Shown: positions 48,935 to 57,859 of the stretch, piece by piece
Position numbering within the stretch: the first letter of the stretch is position 1
How the letters are laid out: the number at the start of each line of letters is the position of its first letter
Assembly (NCBI GenBank): GCA_965203885.1
Contig: OZ241920.1
Coordinates: 449,476 to 513,475 of the forward strand
DNA length: 64,000 bases
DNA from: a bacterium
GTDB taxonomy: Bacteria; JAAXHH01
Reading direction: 5' to 3'
Program-made: the position numbers and the translations under genes
Notes under the pieces: generated by a model
Seen by the model: the letters and a program-made list of their open reading frames with translations, nothing else
Told to the model about the DNA's origin: nothing
Database searches by the model: none

Positions 48935-49234
48935 TGGTCCAGTCTCCTGTACATATACCCGCGCGACTCGCCAGGTCATGGATGCGGCCGACCCTGAGAT
49001 GGATGCGGCTGGCCTTGAGCGCGGCCTGCCATGCCATGAACGCAACCTGCCAAGTCGTTTCAACCGACCCTGCAATAAATTCGGTCGGCCCCGGCCTGTC
49101 CGCCGCGCATTGCGACGACCGGGTCGGGGGAGTCTAAATTCCAAAATACACTTTGAGGCCGCAACCTCTGAGTTTATTTTAGAGTCTTACCTATTAAGGC
49201 GGACATTAACGTGAAACAGGAGGTCGGAAATAGC

Positions 49235-50266
49235 ATGGCTGATTCCCCGTCAGGGCGCACCGTCGTATTCGTTTCGTTGACCGGCGACGAGCAGGTGAAG
49301 GCTTACGACCAGGACCGGGAGACGGGCTCCCTTACGCTCCGGTCCACCAGCGACGCCCACGGTCCGTCCGGGGCGCTGTGCCTGCATCCGGCGGGCAACC
49401 TCATGTACAACGCCCACGTGGAATCCACCACGCTGGCGTCCTATCGGCTGGACACGGGCTCCGGGGAACTTTCCCTGGTCAACCTGGTGGATACGGGCAT
49501 CGGGATCCCCGCGCACCTCGTTACGGACCGGCGCGGCCGGTTCCTGCTGACGGTGTACTACGGGGGCGGCGGCATCACCGTGCACCGCCTGGGCGAGGAC
49601 GGCGCGATCGGCGAGCTCGTCCAGTACATCGACACGGGCGAGAAGGCCCACGCGGTCAGCCTGGTGGTCGAGGACCGGTTCGTGATCGTACCTCACGTCT
49701 GTCCCACCAACAAGACCAACCAGTTTCGATTCGACGCGGATACCGGTCAGTTGACCCCCAATGATCCTGCAATCTTGGACCCGCCGGACGGCGAGACGGG
49801 GCCGAGGCATATCTGCTTCCGGCCCGGGGGCGACGTCGCCTACATCGTCAATGAACAGGGCAACACGGTAACGGCCCACCATTTCGACGCGGACAACGGA
49901 ACCCTCGAGATCTTCCAGAATGTTTCCACCCTGCCCGGAGACTGGGAGGAGGGCGGATTCACCGCCCACGTGGAGGTGCACCGGAACGGGAAATGGGCCT
50001 ACGCCTCCAACCGGGGGCACGACAGCATCGTGGGATACAACGTGGCGGACGACGGCTCGCTGAGCGCCTTCGGACACGTTTCCGTCCCCGCCAGTCCGCG
50101 GTCCTTCAACGTCGACCCGGACGGCCGGTTTCTCTACTGCGCCGGCGAGGCGGCGGGCGTGATGACGGCCTATAGCGTGAACCAGTCGGACGGCACCCTG
50201 CATCCGATCCGGGATTATAATGTAGGAGACAAGCCATTCTGGGTGATGGCGACGACCCTGGGCTGA
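49235..50266 (+). CDS. pgl: 6-phosphogluconolactonase-type 7-bladed beta-propeller lactonase (LVIVD-repeat family)
   Basis: AGGAGG sits 11 nt upstream of the ATG at 49235. Repeated beta-propeller blades with conserved GP / HxxxxxPxG patterns of the 3-carboxymuconate cyclase/Pgl family. Confidence 0.7.
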   Translation: MADSPSGRTVVFVSLTGDEQVKAYDQDRETGSLTLRSTSDAHGPSGALCLHPAGNLMYNAHVESTTLASYRLDTGSGELSLVNLVDTGIGIPAHLVTDRRGRFLLTVYYGGGGITVHRLGEDGAIGELVQYIDTGEKAHAVSLVVEDRFVIVPHVCPTNKTNQFRFDADTGQLTPNDPAILDPPDGETGPRHICFRPGGDVAYIVNEQGNTVTAHHFDADNGTLEIFQNVSTLPGDWEEGGFTAHVEVHRNGKWAYASNRGHDSIVGYNVADDGSLSAFGHVSVPASPRSFNVDPDGRFLYCAGEAAGVMTAYSVNQSDGTLHPIRDYNVGDKPFWVMATTLG

Positions 50267-50270
50267 GCAC

Positions 50271-51605
50271 ATGAGCGACAAGCGGAAAAACGGCGAAGAA
50301 TCCAAGGGCCTGGTGGATATGTTCACGGAGGAGCGGCAACGTGAGCAGGACAACACCATGGACCGCCGTATCGAGAAGAAGCGCTTCACCCCGCGCCGGA
50401 TCGCCATGTACGGCGCGGCGGCCGTGGCGGTCGCGTTCATCGCCTATCAGCTGCTCACGATCAACCCGTCCTCGCTGAACGTGGACGCCGAGAAGCTGAC
50501 CCTGGCCCAGGTGACCCACGGTCCCTTCCTCGAGTATATCGTGGAGCAGGGCGAGGTGATGCCGCTCCGGACGATCTACCTGGATGCCGTGGAAGGCGGA
50601 CGGGTGGAGGAAGTCTTCGTCCTGGAGGGTTCGCAGATCGAGCAGGGCACGCCCATCCTGCGCCTGTCCAACGCCACGCTCCAGCTGAGCGTCATGCAGC
50701 GCGAGGCCGACCTGTTCCGCGAGGTGAACCGGCTCCGGGAGACGCGGGTTACCATGGAACAGCGGCGCCTGAGCCTGCGCGCCACGCTGGTGGAGCTGGA
50801 CTACAGGGTGCGGCAGGCCGAGCGGGAGTACGGGCGGCAGGACGAGATGTTCAAGGCGGACCTGACCTCGCGCAAGGAATACGACGAGGCGAAGGACAAC
50901 CTCGAATACCTGACGCGCAACCGGGACGTTACCGTCGAGACGCTGCGCCAGGATTCGCTCTACCAGACGATCCAGATCCAGCAGCTGGAAGAATCGATCG
51001 ACCGGCTGCGCCTTAACCTGGAACTCATCAAGCAGAACCAGGAGAACCTGACGATCCGCGCGCCGATCACGGGCCTGCTCTCCTCGCTCATCGCCGAGGT
51101 GGGCGAGTCGAAGCCCGGCGGGGAGCGGCTGGGGCAGATCGACGTGGAGGACGAGTTCAAGGTGCGCGCGGCCATCGACGAGCATTACATCGCCCGCATC
51201 CGGACGGGCCAGGCCGGTTCCTTCGATTTCGCGGGCGGGACCTACGACCTGGTGATCGACCGGGTGTATCCCGAGGTGATCGAAGGCCAGTTCGAGGCGG
51301 ACATGGTGTTCCCCGAAGGCATGCCGGACGGCCTGCGCCGCGGCCAGACGCTGCAGGTGCGCGTCGCGCTGGGCGAACTGGCCGACGCCATGCAGGTGCC
51401 CCGGGGCGGATTCTACCAGAAGACGGGCGGGCGCTGGATCTACGTGCTGGATCCCACGGGCGAGTTCGCCGTGCAGCGGCAGATACGGCTCGGCCGGCAG
51501 AACAGCCAGTACTTCGAGGTCCTCGAAGGGCTTGAAGAGGGCGAAACGGTCATTACCTCCATGTACGACAACTTCGGCGACATGGAAAGGCTTGTGTTGC
51601 AGTAG
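50271..51605 (+). CDS. HlyD-family membrane fusion (periplasmic adaptor) protein
   Basis: N-terminal TM (IAMYGAAAVAVAFIAYQLL). Long coiled-coil hairpin. Lipoyl and beta-barrel segments. Confidence 0.8.
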   Translation: MSDKRKNGEESKGLVDMFTEERQREQDNTMDRRIEKKRFTPRRIAMYGAAAVAVAFIAYQLLTINPSSLNVDAEKLTLAQVTHGPFLEYIVEQGEVMPLRTIYLDAVEGGRVEEVFVLEGSQIEQGTPILRLSNATLQLSVMQREADLFREVNRLRETRVTMEQRRLSLRATLVELDYRVRQAEREYGRQDEMFKADLTSRKEYDEAKDNLEYLTRNRDVTVETLRQDSLYQTIQIQQLEESIDRLRLNLELIKQNQENLTIRAPITGLLSSLIAEVGESKPGGERLGQIDVEDEFKVRAAIDEHYIARIRTGQAGSFDFAGGTYDLVIDRVYPEVIEGQFEADMVFPEGMPDGLRRGQTLQVRVALGELADAMQVPRGGFYQKTGGRWIYVLDPTGEFAVQRQIRLGRQNSQYFEVLEGLEEGETVITSMYDNFGDMERLVLQ

Positions 51606-51731
51606 CGGGTACGGACATTTATCGACGATTTTCTCGACGGCGATTTACCAGATCGGCTGCGGCGGCGCGCGGCGGCGCACCAGGAATCGCGCCCGGCCCG
51701 CCCGGAGCATCATCACATTACGGGAGCGCAC

Positions 51732-52407
51732 CATGATACGGACGCAGAATCTCAAGAAGCTCTACGCGACAGAAGAGGTGGAGACGACGGCACTGAACGA
51801 CGTGACCATGGCCGTGGACGAAGGCGAGTTCGTGGCGGTCATGGGGCCGTCCGGCTGCGGCAAGTCCACCCTGCTCAACATCCTCGGCCTCCTCGACAAC
51901 CCCTCGGGCGGGGAATACCACTTCGTTGGCGAGGAAGTGTCCGGCCACTCCGAGCGGCAACGCGCCAACCTGCGCAAGAACAACATCGGTTTCGTCTTCC
52001 AGAGCTTCAACCTGATCGACGAGCTGACCGTGTACGAGAACATCGAACTGCCGCTGATCTACCTGGGCACTTCGAAGCAGGAGCGCAAGGAACGGGTGGA
52101 CGCGGCGATGGAGCACATGCAGATCCCCCACCGCCGGAACCACTTCCCGCAGCAACTCTCCGGCGGGCAGCAGCAGCGCGTGGCCGTGGCGCGGGCGGTC
52201 ATCGGCAACCCCAAGCTGATCCTGGCGGACGAGCCGACGGGTAACCTGGACTCGGCCAACGGCGCGGAGGTGATGGAACTGCTCAACGGCCTCAACGAGG
52301 CGGGCACGACCATCATCATGGTGACCCACGACCAGGCGCTGGCCGACCACGCGCACCGGATCATACGCCTTTTCGACGGGCGGATTGTGACAGAGGCTGC
52401 AGCGTAG
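51732..52407 (+). CDS. ABC transporter ATP-binding protein (MacB/LolD/DevA-type, ATPase only)
   Basis: Walker A GPSGCGKST, Q-loop, LSGGQQQR, Walker B LILADEPTG, H-loop. GGGAG sits upstream of the ATG at 51732. The track start at 51532 adds a non-coding leader. Confidence 0.9.
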
Positions 52408-52546
52408 GAGAAGCGGACAGGAAATTCGGCGTAGGAGGCGTCCCGGTTATTCCGGCGTTAGAAGCGTCCAGGGATTCGGTGAGGACGCACGCCAGCTATT
52501 CAGTCAGGACGCACGCCGGCGCCTCGGTGCTCATGCACACCGGGAC

Positions 52547-54523
52547 CTACCTCGAAGTCAACCAGTCCCAGAAGCCGGTGGACTCCTGCTCATCGGCCGA
52601 TTCCAGGACATCCTCCGAGATATACAGCGTCGGCATCAGGTTCAGCATCTGGTTGCCCCGCCACGCCTTGTATCCCCAATTGTTGGTCTCCAGCGCGGCG
52701 CCGCGCACGTAGGGCCGCCACATCTCATTGATCAGGGTGTACCAGAGGAACACGCCGCCCACGTCGCGGACGAGGATCTCCTCCGCCTCCTGGTATAGCG
52801 CGGTGCGCCGGACCGGGTCTCCCACCAGCACGTTCGCCCGAAGCACCAGGTCTTCGAAGCGCTTGTTGTACCAGGGATGCCTGCCGTTCGACAGCCACAG
52901 CGTGAGCAGGTTGCTCGCGTCGACGTAATCGTAACGGTAGGGGATGAGCGCCAGGGTGATTTCCCGGGCATTCATCGCCTCCGTAAACACCTTCCGCTCC
53001 ACGTTCCGTACGCCGACTTCGACGTTCAGGTTCTGTTTGAGCATGGCCTGTACCGCCTCGGCGGCCGTGGCGTTCACGATCGTTTCTCCCCTGAGCCACA
53101 TGCTAACGGCGGGGAATCCCCTGCCGTCCGGGTAACCGGCTTCAGCCAGGAACCTGCGAGCCAGGTCCGGATCGTACCGTTGTATGGAGGCCAGCGCTTC
53201 CGTGTTGGCCGCGGGGAACCCCGGCTGCAGCATGGACGAAGCCGGCAGCCCGATATCCCGCAGGGCGGAGTTCATGAGCGAGGCCTGGTCGACGGCGTGG
53301 CTGAATGCCTGGCGGACCCGCAGGTCGTTGAAGGGAGGATTGTGGGTGTCCAGCATCAGGTAATAGGTCTGAAAATCCACGTAGGTGTTCAGGTGGTCCT
53401 TCAGCGAAGGGATGGACTTGACCCGGTTGATCTCGGCCTGGTTGCTCAGCACGATGTAGTCGACTTCGCCGGCCTCGTAGGCGGCGAGGTAGGGCGGCTG
53501 CGCGGCGGCGTTGAAGAGCTGCGCCGTGATGCGTTCCAGGTAGGGCTTGTTGGGGCCCCGGTACGTGGGACTCGGCTCGAGGACGATGTGGCCGTTGATC
53601 GTCCATTCCCTGAGCCGGAAGGGTCCGTTGCCCATGTGGGTCTCCGGTCGGGTCGACCAGGCCGGCCCGTATTTCTCGAACAGGTGGGTGGGGGTCACCC
53701 AGCTGTAGTTGAGCAGCTCCGGCGCGTAGGGCGTCGGCTGGGTCGTGGTGAAGGCGATCGTATGCTCGTCCAGCGCTTCGACGCCCAGGGAATCCAGGGG
53801 CATGCGGCCGGCCACGACCTCGCCCCAGTTCCTGATGGGCCGGTAGTACCATTCGAAATCGAACCCGGTCTTCGGATCGGCCCAGCGAAGGAACGAAGCC
53901 TCGTAGTCGTAGGCCGTGACGGGCCGGCCGTCGCCGAAGACCAGGTCCCGCTGCAGATGGAAAATCCACGTGTGGCCGTCTTCGGTCACCTCCCAGTGCG
54001 TCGCCGCGGCGGGGAGCAGGTTGAAGTCCCGGTCGACCCGGGTCAGCGGCTCGTTGGTCAGGGCGAAGCCGAAGATCTTCTGGTACGAGGACGTGGCCCG
54101 GTCCATGAACCGGTTGTTCAGCTCGAAGGTGCGCAGGTGCTGGTATTCCGGCGGCGCGGCGTCCGCGGGAAGGGGGACGCCCACGGAGTTGACGTGGATC
54201 GATTCATCCTGGTCGGGAGGGTCATCGCGGGAACTGGCGCGCTCCCCGACGGAGTTGGCGCGCTCCCCGACGGAGTTGACACGCTCCCCGACGGTGTTGA
54301 CGCGCTCCCCGACGGTGTTGACGCGCTCCCCGACGGTGGCGCGCGCGGGCTGTTCCTGGTCATCCGGGCTGGTGACGGAATCAACCCGAGGCGGCTGATC
54401 CTGGTCATCTGGCTCGCTATCGGAAGCGCCCAACAGGGTGGCGCACATAAGCGCCATCGAACCAGTCAACATCGTCGCCAGGGCGAGGATGCTCCATTTT
54501 TTTATGTTTAATGGCATAGGCAT
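52547..54523 (-). CDS. family 5 (OppA/DppA-type) ABC transporter substrate-binding lipoprotein, paralog 1
   Basis: SBP_bac_5 fold across about 520 aa. The N-terminal linker contains (VGERVNT)x5 from in-frame 21-bp tandem repeats (about 54230-54320). Confidence 0.85.
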   Translation of the reverse strand: MPMPLNIKKWSILALATMLTGSMALMCATLLGASDSEPDDQDQPPRVDSVTSPDDQEQPARATVGERVNTVGERVNTVGERVNSVGERANSVGERASSRDDPPDQDESIHVNSVGVPLPADAAPPEYQHLRTFELNNRFMDRATSSYQKIFGFALTNEPLTRVDRDFNLLPAAATHWEVTEDGHTWIFHLQRDLVFGDGRPVTAYDYEASFLRWADPKTGFDFEWYYRPIRNWGEVVAGRMPLDSLGVEALDEHTIAFTTTQPTPYAPELLNYSWVTPTHLFEKYGPAWSTRPETHMGNGPFRLREWTINGHIVLEPSPTYRGPNKPYLERITAQLFNAAAQPPYLAAYEAGEVDYIVLSNQAEINRVKSIPSLKDHLNTYVDFQTYYLMLDTHNPPFNDLRVRQAFSHAVDQASLMNSALRDIGLPASSMLQPGFPAANTEALASIQRYDPDLARRFLAEAGYPDGRGFPAVSMWLRGETIVNATAAEAVQAMLKQNLNVEVGVRNVERKVFTEAMNAREITLALIPYRYDYVDASNLLTLWLSNGRHPWYNKRFEDLVLRANVLVGDPVRRTALYQEAEEILVRDVGGVFLWYTLINEMWRPYVRGAALETNNWGYKAWRGNQMLNLMPTLYISEDVLESADEQESTGFWDWLTSR

Positions 54524-54697
54524 CGAAGAGTAATTGGCCGAACGTCGCCGCGCGGATGCTGCCGCGAAACTCCTCCGCCGTCACCGGCCGGCCAGCGCAC
54601 ACCGCGGTCCGCCGGAATTCCGTGTCGCGAAACGCCTCTGCCGCTGCCGCGAAACGCCTCTAACGTCATCGGCCGGCCAGCGCACACCGCGGTCCCG

Positions 54698-56536
54698 TCA
54701 TCGGCCGGTGAGCCAGCTCCACGGTCCGCCGGGCTTCCGTGCCGCCTTTTCCCGGGTTACATCCTCGGTAATGTAAATCGTCGTCATCAGGTTCAGCATC
54801 TGGTTTCCCCGCCATGCCCGGTATCCGGATTCGTTCGGTTCGAGCGCGTCGCCGCGGATGTAGGGACGCCACATCTCGTTGACCAGGTCGTGCCAGAGGA
54901 ACACGCCGCCCACGTCGCGGACCAGGATCTCCTCCGCTTCCTGGTAGAGCCGCGTACGGCGATCGGGGTCGCCCACCAGTTGGTTGGCCTGCTCGATGAG
55001 TTCTTCGTATCGTTCGTTGCGCCACGGATGGCGGCCCCGGGACAGAAACAGGTTGAGCAGGTTGCTGGGGTCCAGGTAGTCCCATCCGTAGGCGATCATG
55101 GACAAGGGGATTTCCTTGGCGTTCATCGCTTCCGTGTAGACTTTCCGTTCCACGTTCAGGACCTCGACGTCGATATTCAGGTTCTGCTTCAGCATGGCCT
55201 GTATGGCCTCGGCAGCCACCTTTCTCAGGTATGCTTCGCCGCGCAGCCACATGTCCATGACTGGGAATCCCCTGCCGTCGGGATAACCCGCTTCCGCGAG
55301 CAGGCGGCGGGCCCTTTCCGGGTCGTACCGTTGTATATGCGCGAGCGCTTCGGTATTGGCGGCCGGGAATCCCGCCGGCATCAGGGATACGGCGGGGACC
55401 GCGATGTCCTTCAGGGCGGACTTCATGATGGCCGGCTGGTCGATGGCGTGGCTAATGGCCTGGCGGACGCGCAGGTCGCTGAAGGGCGGGACCCGGGTGT
55501 CCATGAAGAGATAGTACGTGGTGAAATTGGTATAGGTGTTCAGGTGGCTGCGCAGCACCGGGTCGGAACGGGCCCGGTTGATCTCGGCCGGGTTGTTCAG
55601 CGGGACGTAGTCGACCTCGTTCGCCTCGTAGGAGGCCAGGAAGGGCGGCTGGGCGGCCGCGTTGTACAGCCGGGCGATGATCCGTTCGAGGTAGGGCGTG
55701 CTGGGACCGGGGTAGGTGGGACTCGGTTCCAGGACGATGCGGTCGTTGATCGTCCACTCCTTGAGCCGGTAGGGACCGCTCCCGATGTGCGTTTCGGGCT
55801 TGGTGGACCAGGCCGCGCCATGCTTCTCGAACTGATGCGTGGGCGTCACCCAGCTGTAATTGAGCAGCAGCGGCGCGAAAGGCGCGGGCCGCGTGGTCAT
55901 GAAGGCCAGGGTATGCGGGTCCAGCGCTTCGACGCCCAGCGAATCCAGCGGCATCTTCCGCGCGACGACGGCGCCCCAGTTCCTGATGGGCCGGTAATAC
56001 CATTCGAAATCGAATCCGATGTCCGGGTCCGCCCACCTGCGGAACGTGTCCTCGTAGTCATAGGCGGTGACGGGCTTCCCGTCTCCGAAAACCATGTCCT
56101 TCCGGAGATGAAAGACCCAGGTGTGGCCGTCATCGGTCACCTCCCAGTGGGTGGCGGCGGCGGGCACCAGGTTGAAATTGCGATCTACCCGGTTGAGGGG
56201 CTCGTTCGTCAGGGCGAACCCGAAGGACTTCTGGTAGGAGGACGTGGCCCGGTCCATGTACCGGTTGTTCAGTTCGAAAGTCCGCAGGACCTGCAAGGCG
56301 GGCGGCGCGGCGTCCGGGGGCAGCGTCACGCCGACGGAATTCACCCGGCCGGACGGACCTTGCGCACTGGGCGGACCAGGCTGACCGGGCTGACCGGGCT
56401 GACTGGGCTGACCGGGGGTTTCAGGCGGACCAGGCGGACCAGGCGCACCAGGCGGTTCGGTGGGATAGCCCGATGCCAGGGCAACGGCGACCGTGAGGAT
56501 ACAGGCAGGAAGTACCAGGAGGATCTTCGACCGCAT
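54698..56536 (-). CDS. family 5 ABC transporter substrate-binding lipoprotein, paralog 2
   Basis: About 70 percent identical to paralog 1 in the SBP domain. Lipobox LVLPAC. Collagen-like linker PGAPGPPGPPETPGQPSQPGQPGQPGPP from 9-bp repeats. Confidence 0.85.
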   Translation of the reverse strand: MRSKILLVLPACILTVAVALASGYPTEPPGAPGPPGPPETPGQPSQPGQPGQPGPPSAQGPSGRVNSVGVTLPPDAAPPALQVLRTFELNNRYMDRATSSYQKSFGFALTNEPLNRVDRNFNLVPAAATHWEVTDDGHTWVFHLRKDMVFGDGKPVTAYDYEDTFRRWADPDIGFDFEWYYRPIRNWGAVVARKMPLDSLGVEALDPHTLAFMTTRPAPFAPLLLNYSWVTPTHQFEKHGAAWSTKPETHIGSGPYRLKEWTINDRIVLEPSPTYPGPSTPYLERIIARLYNAAAQPPFLASYEANEVDYVPLNNPAEINRARSDPVLRSHLNTYTNFTTYYLFMDTRVPPFSDLRVRQAISHAIDQPAIMKSALKDIAVPAVSLMPAGFPAANTEALAHIQRYDPERARRLLAEAGYPDGRGFPVMDMWLRGEAYLRKVAAEAIQAMLKQNLNIDVEVLNVERKVYTEAMNAKEIPLSMIAYGWDYLDPSNLLNLFLSRGRHPWRNERYEELIEQANQLVGDPDRRTRLYQEAEEILVRDVGGVFLWHDLVNEMWRPYIRGDALEPNESGYRAWRGNQMLNLMTTIYITEDVTREKAARKPGGPWSWLTGR

Positions 56537-56547
56537 GCCTACTCCGT

Positions 56548-57624
56548 TCAACCGTCATTCGGTTTGCGCACCTCGACGGGCTTCTGGTACAGCATGGTAA
56601 GGATCTCGGTGAACTGCAGCGGGCTGACCCCCACGCCGTCTACGTGTACCTCCCAGTGGAGGTGCGCGGCGGTCACCCGGCCCGTGGCTCCCGACAGTCC
56701 CAGCAACTGTCCCCGGGATACCTCGTCCCCTGGCTTCACGTACAGCCTGCTCATGTGAGAGTACCCGGTGTGGATGCCCATGCCGTGCTCGATCAGGACA
56801 TGGTTTCCTGAGTAGAACAGGTTCTGCGCCAGCTTGACCACGCCGGACTGCGCGGCGTACAGGGGCGTCCCTTCGTAGGCCCGCAGGTCGAGGCCGCCGT
56901 GAAAACTCCGGAGCTGCCCGTTGAACACCCGGCGGGTCCCGTACGGACTGGTGATCGTTTTCTTCTCCACGGGATAGCGGAACGTGTCTACCATCATGGC
57001 CGTGTCACGGACCGCCTCGTATGCCGCCGCGATGATCCTGCGTTCCCGCGCAATGCGCCGGAAGTCCGCGGCCGAGGGTGTAACCCGGTTCTGCGGCACG
57101 CCGCGGATCTGCTCCGACCGGTATGGCCCGGCCACCACGCTGAAGGGCAGATCCCGGCCGAAGATCCGGTCGCTTTCGGTCCACTCCACGTGCAGGGTAT
57201 CCGGGCCCGGCGCCGCGCCATAGGGTATGCCGATGAGGGTGAACAAGGTGCCGTCGGATTCAGTAGGATGAGGGTACAGGCGATGGATCCGGTCACCCGT
57301 CGAAACGGTCAGATCAGCCACGGGACCTGCCGGACCAGCGAGATCGTCCCGCGCCGAAGGAAGATCAGCCTGCATCCCGGGATAGTCCGCCGACCCGTCT
57401 ACTTCACGGTCCGGCGCGCCGACTTTCCTATCGGAGGAAGGACCGGCCTTCGCGCCGGGATCGTCCGGGATATACTCCAGCAAAAGGGTGTGACCGTTCG
57501 CCACCCGCTCATCGGAAAGGCGGAGCGAGAATGCTCCCTCTCCCAGATAGGCCCGTGGTGCGTGGAAGAAGGGCTCGCCGCCCAGGCAGACGGCGGTCAG
57601 AACCAGGGTAAGCACTAGATTCAT
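56548..57624 (-). CDS. M23-family metallopeptidase (lysostaphin/LytM-like), secreted
   Basis: Signal peptide. C-terminal M23 domain with HxxxD (FHGGLD) and HxH (HLHWEVH) zinc ligands. Confidence 0.8.
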   Translation of the reverse strand: MNLVLTLVLTAVCLGGEPFFHAPRAYLGEGAFSLRLSDERVANGHTLLLEYIPDDPGAKAGPSSDRKVGAPDREVDGSADYPGMQADLPSARDDLAGPAGPVADLTVSTGDRIHRLYPHPTESDGTLFTLIGIPYGAAPGPDTLHVEWTESDRIFGRDLPFSVVAGPYRSEQIRGVPQNRVTPSAADFRRIARERRIIAAAYEAVRDTAMMVDTFRYPVEKKTITSPYGTRRVFNGQLRSFHGGLDLRAYEGTPLYAAQSGVVKLAQNLFYSGNHVLIEHGMGIHTGYSHMSRLYVKPGDEVSRGQLLGLSGATGRVTAAHLHWEVHVDGVGVSPLQFTEILTMLYQKPVEVRKPNDG

Positions 57625-57859
57625 GGAACAGGGCGGGAGTCCGGGTCGATCAGCGTTTACACAGGGACTGGTCCGGCTGATATCACCGGCGTGGGCGACA
57701 TCACCGGCCAGGGCGATACCACCGAACCACGGTATACTTTATCATTATACCCCATTTGCGAATCCCAAAACAGTTTTTTGAACCGGCTGGTCAATCCGCC
57801 GGCCGCGGGGGCTTCGGCGGGCAACCCTCGCTACCGGGCAACCCTCGCTACCGTGGATG

